Source of the DNA: Bacteroidota bacterium
Lineage (GTDB): Bacteria > Bacteroidota > Bacteroidia > AKYH767-A > OLB10
Assembly: GCA_016717725.1 (NCBI GenBank)
Contig: JADKFA010000008.1
Location: forward strand, 114,118 to 178,117
Length of the DNA stretch: 64,000 nucleotides
Reading direction: 5' to 3'
The stretch's first letter is position 1, and every line of letters begins with the position of its first letter. The notes beneath the pieces were generated by a model that saw nothing but the letters and a program-made list of their open reading frames with translations, was not told where the DNA came from and did not search any database. The position numbers were made by a program, and so were the translations under genes. Below are positions 50,059 through 61,065 of the stretch, one piece after another.

Positions 50059-51890
50059 TCAATTTCTCCCCATCCACCATCGCAGAACCACCAATCGCCA
50101 AACTAAGTTTGCATTTTTGTTATTACCATACTTAAAATCATCGATTAGGTGATTGACTTTATGGTATTGTAAAAAATCGAGCTCTTTGAAATTTTGATCG
50201 AGCAGGAATGATAATGGACCACGCAACCACTTGACTTCGCCCGGTGTAACGAATCCTTTTTTGTCTTTACGGTCGGTGATAGCAGGCGGCATGATGTCGC
50301 GCATGGATTCTCTCAAAATGCGCTTAGTAACACCCTTATGAATTTTGGCTTCGTCAGGCAAACTAAATGCAAACTCCACCAAACGATGGTCGAGAAATGG
50401 CACCCTCGATTCAATCGAAAAAGCCATGGAGTTACGATCCTCAAATTGTAATAAAGTAGGTAAACTGCTTGCAAAAGTAAGTTGATACAAAAACTGATTT
50501 AATCGTGATCCTTTGTTATCTTTTAGTTTAAATGGAATTTCATTACTCTTCGATAAGAATGGATAGTATCTTTTGTACTCTAATTCATACAAAGCTTGCT
50601 CACTTTGAAATCCTGCCAATAAACTTTTCAAAAATAAATTTGATTTCTTTCCAAAAGAAAAGTCCTGCATCGCTGCATGTGCATTTAATTGCTTCAAGGC
50701 TGATCCGATTTTACCACAACCTAAATCTCCACCAATAAGTCGGAAAAGTGAATGCATGTATCCACCCAACATTTCATCTGATCCTTGTCCATCTAAAAGC
50801 ACTTTTATTCCTTTAGTAGCCGCCAATTGCATGACGAAGTACTGGGAGATGGGTGATGATCCCGCCAGGGGCACATCGGCATGCCAAATGGCTCTTTCAA
50901 ATGAATTCTGAATGTCGTCATCGCTGGGAGTAAAATAATAGGGATCTAATTGCGGATACTTATTTAAAACTTCCGTAACCCAAGGGCGTTCGTCAACTTC
51001 ATTCTCTCCTTCGTAGTAAACAGTAAATGTTTTAAATTTTGAATCTGGAAACTTTTTTCCAACCACAGAAGCAATGGCCGAACTATCCAATCCTCCGCTT
51101 AAACAACCTCCTACTTCCACATCACTGCGCATGTGCAGATTCACACTATCAAGAAACAACTCCTTAAATTTACTCTTTTGAATCTGCCCAACTCAACTTG
51201 CTTTGCTGTTTGGTGTCAATATCCCAATAGCGAACCAACTCAATATTCTTTCCATCTTTAAAAATTAAATTGCATCCAGCAGGTAAATGCATGAATAGAC
51301 TGGTAATAAGTTTCATCATGCCATGTATTCCATCCTAATTGTAAGCCACGTGCTACTTGCGCTTCATTAATTGCAGATGAAAACAAAGAAGAAGGATACA
51401 ACGCCTTATACTCCGATCCAAAATAGAACCGATCACCTTGATTCAAATAAAAGAAAGGCTTTATACCAAATCGATCTCGTGAACAAAACAATAATTGCTT
51501 CTCCTGATCCCATAAAGCGAATGACCACATTCCAACAAAATGTTGTACGCAATCGAATCCATATTTTTCGTACGCCGCCAAAATAACTTCCGTATCCGAA
51601 TTGGTTTTGAACGCGACACCAGTAGCTTCTAATGTTTTTCGAATTTCCTTATAGTTATATACTTCCCCATTGTAAACAATCGCATTGCGCCCTCTGAACA
51701 TGGGCTGATTTCCATCCACACTCAGGTCGATAATGGCTAAACGATTATGCCCTAAACCTACAGCACCATCAAAATATTTTCCGCGTGCATCGGGACCACG
51801 ATGGGCAATGGACTGCAGCATTTTTTCCAAGAGTGGGTCTTGCTCATCCTTGGATAATCTGCTATCAATAAATCCTGCTATGCCGCACAT
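50059..51890 (-). CDS. Asparagine synthetase (glutamine-hydrolysing)-like amidotransferase, copy 2; split by a frameshift or frameshifts within ~51160-51260
   Basis: MCGIAGFIDS...HRGPDARG glutaminase domain (ORF 51258..51890). LSGGLDSSAIAS PP-loop and C-terminal domain (ORF 50059..51159). Confidence 0.7.
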
Positions 51891-51950
51891 ACTAAATTTT
51901 TATTTTGAAATCATTTTTTAATTTAAATTTCTTCTGTAAAATTTGACCAC

Positions 51951-53249
51951 CTACAGAAGTAATGCTAATCGTTTGGTCAGTGTTTCTCGTGTATAATTTT
52001 TGATGGAATCATTCACGAATGCAACCTGCTTTCCATTTTTCCACAACTCCAATTTTTCAATCAACCAAGAATATAAATGATTTTCCTCCGTTCGTTCAAA
52101 CATTTCACCAGCCTCGCACTCACGCAAAATTGCAGCTGCATTGCCATGTTTCGGTCCAATGCCAATTATTAATCGTTTCGATCCTAAATACTCAAACAAT
52201 TTACCTGTTAAAATTCCATTTGCACCCGCAGTATCTGGAATGATCAACAGCAATGCATTGGCTTTTTGCATTTCAACTACTGCTTCGTCATGTCCAATAT
52301 GCCCGCTCCATTCACAATACGATTCAATTCCTAAATCACTTACCATTTTTTTGAGAGTCCAAGGTGCATCTCCAATAAATTTAAAACGAATTTTTAACTC
52401 CGAATAGTGATTCACTAGTTTATTTAATACATTAAAAAATATTTCAGGATGGTATGAATCCGCCATCGTTCCAACATAGGTAATGGTGAATACATCTTTG
52501 GAAAGAGCGACTTCTGTTTTGAAGTCGCTTTCATCATATCCATTTGGCAAGACTTGAATTTTATCGGGAATGATTAATACTGATTTCTTTAAAAAAGAAT
52601 ACTTGATAGGCTCACTCACTACCAGAATAGCATTCGCCTCTTCCAGTACTCGCTTCTCGAATTGTTGATCCTTCTTCTTTGCACGCGAACCGTGCAACAA
52701 ATCTTTATAGTAATAAATATCGGTCCATGGATCACGTAGATCAGCTACCCATCGAAGTGCAGGAAATTCTTTCTTTAACTTTAATCCAATCAATTGTGAG
52801 GAATGCGGAGGACTCGAAATATAGATACAATCAATTTTCTCTTCATTAATTATACTTCTTGCTTCTTCCACCGCATACTTTATCCAACCTACACGAGCAT
52901 CTGGAATAAAAAAGTTACCGCGAATCCATCTTAAAAACTTCTGTTTCTTTGATTCCTTATTTGCATTAGCGAATCCACCATAAGGCACATTTTTCTTTCC
53001 AATTAAGGAAGATAAAATATTAAGAGGTTCGAACGAATTTGTACGGATTACTTTTACATTCTCTGGTACTTCTTTCAACAAAGATTTATCATGCAAAGGA
53101 TAACTTGCTTTGGTTTCATCCACAGTTAGTACAATGGGAGAAAATCCCATTTGAGCAAGATATTTCACAAACTTAAGCGAACGCTGCACCCCTGCTCCAC
53201 CGCTTGGCGGCCAGTAGTAAGTGATAACGAGCACTTTTTTAAAATTCAT
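51951..53249 (-). CDS. Glycosyltransferase family 4-like (GT-B)
   Basis: N-terminal KVLVITYYWPPSGGAGVQRSLKF pattern; 432 aa. Confidence 0.6.
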   Translation of the reverse strand: MNFKKVLVITYYWPPSGGAGVQRSLKFVKYLAQMGFSPIVLTVDETKASYPLHDKSLLKEVPENVKVIRTNSFEPLNILSSLIGKKNVPYGGFANANKESKKQKFLRWIRGNFFIPDARVGWIKYAVEEARSIINEEKIDCIYISSPPHSSQLIGLKLKKEFPALRWVADLRDPWTDIYYYKDLLHGSRAKKKDQQFEKRVLEEANAILVVSEPIKYSFLKKSVLIIPDKIQVLPNGYDESDFKTEVALSKDVFTITYVGTMADSYHPEIFFNVLNKLVNHYSELKIRFKFIGDAPWTLKKMVSDLGIESYCEWSGHIGHDEAVVEMQKANALLLIIPDTAGANGILTGKLFEYLGSKRLIIGIGPKHGNAAAILRECEAGEMFERTEENHLYSWLIEKLELWKNGKQVAFVNDSIKNYTRETLTKRLALLL

Positions 53250-53255
53250 TACTAC

Positions 53256-55675
53256 TTACCCTTTCTTTTTCAGTTCAACATACGATGCTGTGGCGAACAG
53301 GAGCAATAAAAGTATAGAACTTGCTAAGGAAATATTCTCTCCATTTTTGTATGCAGCAGGCTCAAACTTAAATTCAACTTTATGTTTTCCTGCAGGAATT
53401 TCCATCGCTCTTAAAACATAGTTAGCTCTCACATGTGGAACTAATTTCCCATCCAAATAAGCATCCCAACCAATTGGATAATGTATTTCAGAAAACACTA
53501 TTAAATTATTTTTACTACCATTTACTTCATACTCGAGATAATTGGGAGCTACTTTTCCATCTTTAGAAATCAATTTTACACTTGCCGTAGAATCCATTCC
53601 TTTTTGCGCATCTTTAATATCAGCAGCATATCGTTGGTCAATTACTGCTGTAGTCTTAGTATCTAAACTATCCAACTCTTTAATCTCAGCATCCGAATTT
53701 GGCACTACTTTCCAATCACTCACCACCCAAGCTGCACCTAACGCTCCTGGATTCATTTGTACCATGGGTGATTGATTCTCTGGATTACGAACAATAAAAT
53801 ATTTTGCATTCAGCATATTTAACACATTCATATTTCCTTTGCTGATTTGGTTTTCAATTAGCTCTTGATAGCGTTTCAACTTCGCTCCATGATAACCACC
53901 GATAGAACGATGAAAATAGGAAGTACTTGCATCGTTGAAAGTACTTACCGAAGTATTCATAACACGATAGTAGCCCTTATCTTGTAAAATTTGCTCATCA
54001 GCTGGTGTCTTATCAAATGGTTGCTCTGCTTTTGTTTTAGAAACAAAATGGCTATCGTTTAAATAACGCTTATCAACGGTCCACATATCAGCAAGAATTA
54101 ATAATGCGATGATGGGAAGCATTACAGAAAGCTTTAATTTATCTTTCAACCAATAAAACATCAAACCAAATGTCAATGCAATAAAAAAGAAAGACCTAAA
54201 TGCATCTGATGTTAAAGCGGACTCACGATCTTGACGTAAGGCTGCCAACAACCAATCGTATTGTTTCAATTGCTCATCACTTTGTCCTTGAAAATCACAA
54301 AAACACCAGGAAGCAAGGCAAATAACAAAGTTAATCCACCGCAGACGTAAAAAGAATACATCAAATATTTTTTCAATTTACTTTTATCTTCTTCTCCAGA
54401 AACAAATCGCATCAAGCCTAACATTCCTCCCAATGGAATCATAAATGATGCAATGGTTAGCGCCATGGCAACGGATCTGAATTTATTGTAACCTGGAACA
54501 TGATCGAAGAAAATATCGGTAAGCGGCAAGAAATTCTTTCCCCACGACAACATCAAGAACAATAAAAATGCGGAGGCAATCCACAATCGTTGTGTACCTT
54601 TCAATAAGAACATGGAAAGCACAAACAAGAAAAATGCAATGGCGCCACTGTAAACTGGACCCGATGTCATGGGTTGATCGCCCCAATACAATGGTGCTTG
54701 CTGAGTGAATGAACGTGCTTGTGCATCTCCTGCATTGGCAGCAACCGCCTTATAGGATTCCGACTTACTATCGAGTTTATAAACTGACGAACCACCCGCA
54801 AAGTCTGGGATTAATAGCGTCATTGATTCCAACTGTCCGTAACTCCATCCTAACGCATAATCTTTATCAAGTCCTGTGCTTGTTTTTTTCTCTGTTAATT
54901 CAGAGGGACCACGCGTCGAATAATTTCCATACTCATAAGTCAATAACAAATTGGTAATATTTGGTAATATGGCTAAAACTGCAGCTAACACAAGAAACAC
55001 ACTCGCTTTCATGAAATTTGCGATTTGCTTTTCTTGTAATGCGCGAACGAATTCTGCAATCACCAATAATGCTAGTGTGATGGCAACATAATAGGTAATT
55101 TGTAAGTGATTTGCATACACTTGAAGTGATAATCCTAACGCAGTAATGGCTGCACCAAATAACCACTTACCTCGATAAGCCATCAGCACACCCGCAAAGA
55201 TGAGAGGAATTAATGCGATGGCATGAATCTTTGTATTATGTCCTGCCTGAATTGAAACAAAATAAAACGAACAAAAGGCATACGCAAATGCACCGGCGAT
55301 GGCTATCCGAAAATCAGCCTTAAAGGAAATCATCAGCAAATAAAATCCAAGCATTCCTAAAAATAATAAGTTGATCGGATTTGGCATCCACAACCACATC
55401 AATTTATTTACATATTGGATCAAGTTAGAAGGATATAATACCGAAATTTGATACGCGGGCATTCCACTAAACATGGAACCTGTCCACAAAGGCTCATCAC
55501 TATGCGTTTCCCTATAATCAGCAATTTCCTTTTGCATGCCCGTCCATTGAGCAATGTCGTGTTGCTGCAAGGCTTTTCCCGAAAGAGCTGGACTAAAATA
55601 GATGAATGATATTAAGAGAAAGATTCCAATTGCAATTAAATGAGGTTGTAACTGCTTTATCAAGGATGGTTTCAT
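53256..55675 (-). CDS. YfhO family membrane protein (GT-C-like glycosyltransferase); split into 54266..55675 and 53256..54269 by a frameshift near 54266
   Basis: N-terminus MKPSLIKQLQPHLIAIGIFLLISFIYFSPALSGKALQQHDIAQW...PLWTGSMFSGMPAYQ is characteristic of YfhO. Combined length ~806 aa with many TM helices. Confidence 0.6.
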
Positions 55676-55880
55676 AGGACCTAATTCTAATTTAAGAGGA
55701 TGAAAATAGTGAGATTATTTTAGATAATTGCATTTCGGCTGCCTCTTTAAAATAGATTTAACTCAATTGTTGCAAAATGAGATGAAAATTCAATTGGATA
55801 AAGGTGGAATTCTAAAAAATCGCCTCCTTTTGATTGACTTTGCTGGATTATAGAAATCAAACTAAAACGGTGATTTTTTC

Positions 55881-56053
55881 AACACTAGAGCCACTAGAGG
55901 TCACTTGAGTGCACTTGAGAATTCAGAATTCAGAACCACTTTCAGAAGTTGGAGAAACAGCTAAATTTTAATTGAAATATATTACTAAAAACCAATGAGA
56001 GAATATTATGTGAACCTTTGTGAACTTTTGTGACCTCTAGTGCCTTTAGTGTT
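55881..56053. mobile_element. MITE-like element: ~40-bp imperfect terminal inverted repeats AACACTAGAGCCACTAGAGGTCAC... flanking a ~100-bp core
   Basis: Left arm AACACTAGAGCCACTAGAGGTCACTTGAGTGCACTTGAG. Right arm reverse-complement AACACTAAAGGCACTAGAGGTCACAAAAGTTCACAAAGG (about 31 of 39 matched). Confidence 0.45.
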
Positions 56054-56102
56054 AAAACTGAATCTCCTATTAGCCTTTAAATATTAAGTGAGAACAATCA
56101 CT

Positions 56103-56363
56103 TCAATCCTTCACTTCTTCAAAATCAACGTACTCCCCATGATCGTTGGAAACGCCTTTGTTGGACTTGCTTTTTACCTTTTCCTGCTGAGCGGTTTGCT
56201 GCTGATTCTGCTGCTGGTTAAATCCAGATTGGCGCTCCTGCATCTTATTCATTTCCTTGAACACTTTCTTCGATAAAGCCGTCATCAGGAAAAAAAAGAT
56301 ATAGCGTCGGAAGACACCAAAGATTATAAAAATGATTAGTAGTATAAACAAGAAGTCAGACAT
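56103..56363 (-). CDS. Small membrane-anchored Gln-rich protein, DUF4834-like
   Basis: N-terminal TM helix, Q-rich linker, and a C-terminal GEYVDFEEV motif. Confidence 0.4.
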   Translation of the reverse strand: MSDFLFILLIIFIIFGVFRRYIFFFLMTALSKKVFKEMNKMQERQSGFNQQQNQQQTAQQEKVKSKSNKGVSNDHGEYVDFEEVKD

Positions 56364-56405
56364 TTTAATTCAATAATTTAGAGACGTACTTTTCCGTTCA
56401 ATATT

Positions 56406-59223
56406 TTATCGGGATAAATATAAATTTCTTTCGTCGTATAATTTCGTGAATACTTCATCCTGCAAATCATCAATGAAATAAATAGCTTCACCTGTTGATT
56501 TCATCTCGGGGCCTAACTCTTTATTTACATCTTTGAATTTATCAAATGAGAACACAGGTAATTTTATGGCATACCCACCTTTCTTCGGATTAAACGTAAA
56601 ATCACTCAATTTCTTGTCTCCGAGCATTAGCTTGGTCGCATAATTTACATAAGGCTCGTCATAAGCTTTTGCAATAAATGGAACCGTACGAGAGGCTCTT
56701 GGATTTGCTTCAATCACATACACTACTTCATCTTTGATAGCAAATTGAATATTGATCAAACCCTTCACTTCCATGGCTAAGGCAATTTTCTTTGTAATAT
56801 CTTCAATTTGTTTAATCACATTTTCACTCAAATCAAAGGGTGGTAATACGGCATTGCTGTCTCCTGAATGAATTCCTGCAGGCTCTATATGCTCCATGAT
56901 TCCGATTATGTAAGCATCTTCTCCATCACAAATAGCATCCGATTCAGCTTCTATGGCGCGATCCAAGAAATGATCTAACAATACTTTGTTGCCTGGAATG
57001 TCCTTCAAAATATTTACTACATGCGTTTCTAACTCTTGTTCGTTGATCACAATTTTCATTCCTTGTCCGCCTAACACGTATGAAGGACGAACTAAGAGTG
57101 GGAAACCTAAATCTTTCGATAATTCCACTGCTTGATAGGCATCTTCAATCACACCAAATTTAGGATATGGAATTTTCAATTCTCTCAACAGATTTGAAAA
57201 CGAACCACGATCTTCGGCTAAGTCTAGGGATTTGTAACTTGTACCAATAATATGAATACCGTATTTATCTAATTTCTCTGCTAACTTCAAGGCTGTTTGT
57301 CCTCCCAACTGAACAATGACTCCTACTGGATTTTCATGTTGGATTATATCGTAAATATGCTCCCAGAATACGGGTTCAAAATAAAGTTTATCGGCAATAT
57401 CAAAATCGGTAGAAACGGTTTCAGGATTACAATTGATCATGATGGTTTCGTAACCGCATTCTTTAGCTGCTAAAACTCCATGCACACAACTGTAATCGAA
57501 TTCGATACCTTGTCCAATGCGATTAGGACCCGAACCTAAAATTATTATTTTCTTTTTGTCAGAAACGATTGACTCATTTTCTGTTTCAAATGTAGAATAA
57601 TAATATGGTGTTTTCGCTTCAAACTCTGCAGCGCATGTATCTACTAATTTATACACCCGATGAATATCCATCTCCTTTCGCTTGGCATGCACTTGACTTT
57701 CCAAGCATCGAAGTAAATGTGCAATTTGTCGATCGGCATAGCCCTTTTGCTTTGGCTTCCATCATCAAATCACGAGACAACGTATCGAGCGTATACTTTT
57801 GAATTTCTTTTTCTAACTCAACCAGCTCTTCAATCTGATTTAAGAACCAGGCATCAATTTGCGTTAATTTCTGAATGGTTTTAAAAGGAATTCCCATTTT
57901 AAACGCATCATAAATATGAAACAAACGATTCCAACTTGGATTTTTTAAACTATCTAAAATTTGGTCTTGATTGGTCAACTCTTTTCCATCCGCACCCAAT
58001 CCATTTCGTTTTATTTCGAGCGACTGACAAGCTTTTTGCAGGGCTTCCTGGAAACTTCTTCCAATTCCCATCGCTTCACCCACCGATTTCATTTGCAAAC
58101 CTAAATGACGATCGGCTCCTTTAAATTTATCGAAATTCCATCTAGGCACTTTAACAATTACATAATCAATAGTAGGTTCAAAAAACGCAGACGTAGATTT
58201 TGTAATTTGATTTTGCAATTCATCTAAATTATAACCAATGGCTAATTTTGCAGCAATTTTTGCAATAGGATAACCTGTAGCTTTTGATGCTAACGCCGAT
58301 GAACGCGAAACACGTGGATTAATTTCAATGACGATTATTTCATTTTCATCATTTGGATTTACTGAAAACTGAATATTACATCCTCCTGCAAATTGTCCAA
58401 TGCCATTCATGCATTTGATGGCCAGATCACGCATGTTTTGATAACATCGATCGCTCAATGTCATTGCGGGAGCTACAGTAATGGAATCACCAGTGTGGAT
58501 CCCCATCGGATCAAAATTTTCGATAGAACAAATGATAATTACGTTTCCTACATTATCACGTAATAACTCTAACTCGTATTCCTTCCATCCTAAAATACTT
58601 TGTTCTACTAACACTTCATGAATAGGACTTGCATGCAATCCATTATTCAATGCCTCATCAAATGCTTCCTTTTCAAAAACAAATCCTCCACCCGTACCAC
58701 CTAAGGTAAACGAAGGTCGAATTACCAAGGGAAATCCAATTTCTTGAGCAATTTCTTTTCCTTCTAAATAAGAAGTTGCTGTTCTTCCTTTACACACATT
58801 TGCACCTAATGCAAGCATACAAAGACGAAATTTCTCACGATCTTCCGTTGTCTTGATTGCATCGATATCTACTCCTATTATTCTGGTATTGTATTTATCC
58901 CAAATCCCTGCTTTCTGACAATCGATACAAAGATTCAATGCCGTTTGTCCACCCATGGTAGGTAAAACTGCATCAATTTTATGTTTTTCTAAAATTTCAA
59001 CAATCGACTTCTTTGTTAAAGGCTTTAGGTAGATGTGATCCGCCGTTACCTTATCCGTCATGATAGTGGCAGGATTCGAATTAATAAGAATCACTTCGAT
59101 GCCTTCCTCCTTCATAGAACGGGAAGCTTGACTACCTGCATAATCAAATTCACATGCTTGTCCGATAATGATGGGACCACTTCCTATAATAAGTACTGAT
59201 TTAATTGAATGATCGCGAGGCAT
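56406..59223 (-). CDS. carB: Carbamoyl-phosphate synthase large subunit (~940 aa form lacking the C-terminal MGS-like allosteric domain); frameshift at a GCAAAAGGG run near 57741-57749
   Basis: Two ATP-grasp halves with [33 protein letters not shown] and [20 protein letters not shown]. The shifted frame restores [25 protein letters not shown]. Confidence 0.85.
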
Positions 59224-59458
59224 GTGTTAGATTTTAGTATCGTTAATTGAGGAGATGTATGGTTGATGGGTTAATGAAAATGTAAAAAATAGCGAAGACC
59301 GTGAAGACAAGGGAAAGAAAGAAAACAATCGACTAGAGTGGGAAAAAACTAATGGATCATGGCAGGCTGATGGTTGCATCAAGTACATCACGATTTTAGA
59401 ATACAAAATTAAGGAAATGGAAGGTTATTGAAGCGTGTTGTTGAAAAGTTAAGATAAG

Positions 59459-60308
59459 TTGATTGGATGTACATTTGCGTCCATGTCTGATGCTGAATAT
59501 TCATTTTTAACCGATGGCGATTTCACACTACCCTATAAATCATATGGAAGTGGAGATGAGCTCTTGCTATGTTTTCATGGCTTTGGGAGGATTTCAGACG
59601 ATTTTCATCGATTTGAGAAGGAGTTGGGTCATAAATACACCCTCATCGCTTTCGATTTCTTGTACCATGGTCCGCATTCTGTTTCTGTAACAAAACGATT
59701 ACTAGCCTTCACTCCTTCCATACTTTCAAGCATGGTGGAAAAATTGCTCTGGGAAAAGAAAAAAGTTCGTTGTTCATTGATGGGCTATAGTCAAGGCGGA
59801 AAGACGGTGATGGGCTTAGTGCATAAAATTCCACATCGAATTCATGAATTATTTGTGCTGGCGCCCGATGGAATGAAGAATAATAAAATCAGAAATTTTA
59901 TTGCAAAAACATATATTGGAAGAAAAATAGGATTGAAATTAGTGAAGTCGCCAGAAACATTACATAACATTATTCGCACTCTGCGTTTCATGAAAATCAT
60001 TACAGAAAAGTCAAGCTTTTCTTCATCAATAACACCGATGATATCGAAAAAAGATATCGGATTTATCACAGCTGGATTGCCTTGAGAAACTATGAAATTC
60101 ATCCAAGTTGATGAATCATTATTTTCACGCTAAGAAAATTAGAGTGGAGTTTTTCATTGGTAAATACGATGCAATTATCACTCCAAAATCGGCTAATCTA
60201 TTTCTAGAAAAATTTAATTACAAAATCAATTTGCATGAATTAGCCTGTGGACACGACTTGATGTCGCTACATACACAAATTGAAAAAATTATTCTCACGC
60301 CCTCCTAG
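59459..60308 (+). CDS. Alpha/beta hydrolase; the C-terminal catalytic-His segment (ORF 60108..60308) is in another frame after an indel near 60080-60110
   Basis: Nucleophile elbow GYSQGG in ORF 59459..60085. The ORF 60108..60308 carries ...ACGHDLM, the His of the catalytic triad. Confidence 0.55.
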
Positions 60309-60380
60309 GCAATGTCAGATTTTTCCCAAAATAGCTATCAGAATTAGATTTTTAAATTAAACAAAATGTAATAAAAAATT

Positions 60381-60707
60381 TTCCCCCCCCAGATCCTGTT
60401 TTCCCCCCCCCAAAAAGGGGGGGGGGCCACAAAATTTCCCCCCCCCCAAAAACCCGGGGTAAAAAAAAAAAAAAAAAAAAAATTAAAAAAAATTTTTATT
60501 TCCCCCCCCCCCCCCCCCCCCCCCCCCGGAAAAAGGAGAAAAAAAAAAAAAAAAAAGAAAAGAAAAAAAGAAAAAAAAAATAAAAAAAAAAAAAAAAAAA
60601 ATTTTTTTTTGGTTATTTTTCCCCCCAAAATTTTTTCCGGGGGGGGGCCCCCCCCGGGGGCGGGGGCCTTCCAAGGGGGAAAAGGGGGGAAAAAAACATC
60701 TCAATTT
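60381..60707. repeat. ~330 bp composed almost entirely of long homopolymer runs (C up to ~27, A up to ~23, G up to 9, T up to 10); most likely a sequencing or assembly artefact
   Basis: Read directly from the sequence. The overlapping 'ORFs' translate to poly-F, poly-G, poly-P and poly-K. Confidence 0.6.
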
Positions 60708-60777
60708 TTTTAAAAACGCTTATTTAGAAAAAATCAGCATTTCATAATTTAATTGAACCAATAAACTTCAATTCATG

Positions 60778-60808
60778 AAAATAAAAAAGGCAACCGAATG
60801 GTTGCCTT
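60778..60808 (-). terminator. Intrinsic terminator of rpmH
   Basis: Minus strand shows a perfect 9-bp stem AAGGCAACC / GGUUGCCUU with loop AUUC, followed by UUUUUAUUUU. Confidence 0.65.
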
Positions 60809-60830
60809 CACTATTTTCTTCAGTAAGAAA

Positions 60831-60989
60831 TTATTTTCTCCAACTACGTTCGTCAGAAACTGTTAATTTTTTACGTCCTTTCTTTCTACGTGCTGTTAAA
60901 ACCCTACGACCATTAGCTGAACTCATGCGCTTACGGAAGCCATGTTTATTTCTACGTTTACGTAGCGAGGGTTGGAATGTCCTTTTCAT
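60831..60989 (-). CDS. rpmH: 50S ribosomal protein L34
   Basis: Translated manually: [52 protein letters not shown]. The track's plus-strand ORF 60775..61002 is its antisense. Confidence 0.85.
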   Translation of the reverse strand: MKRTFQPSLRKRRNKHGFRKRMSSANGRRVLTARRKKGRKKLTVSDERSWRK

Positions 60990-61017
60990 ATCGATCTATT
61001 AATTACCCCCAAAGGGA

Positions 61018-61030
61018 GCGCAAAGATAGA
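61018..61030 (-). promoter_or_regulatory. -7 promoter element TATCTTTG, ~35 nt upstream of the rpmH ATG
   Basis: Minus strand reads TTCTATCTTTGCGCTCCC. Confidence 0.4.
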
Positions 61031-61065
61031 AAAAATGTCTTTTACTCAAAAAGATTTTTTATTTT

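Noticed and set aside
41786-60308. Calling the frameshifted genes (Kelch/T9SS, epimerase, AsnB x2, YfhO, carB, hydrolase) true pseudogenes
   Set aside because: Every break is at a homopolymer. The density far exceeds anything plausible for a functional genome, essential carB is affected, and the region ends in homopolymer junk. Sequencing error is the more economical explanation.
60344-60704. Track ORFs 60344..60628 and 60483..60704 (poly-F, poly-G, poly-P, poly-K 'proteins')
   Set aside because: These are translations of the homopolymer-run block with no sequence complexity. They are not genes.
60775-61002. Plus-strand ORF of 75 aa
   Set aside because: It is the antisense of rpmH (L34), which translates cleanly on the minus strand at 60831-60989 and has its own promoter box and terminator.
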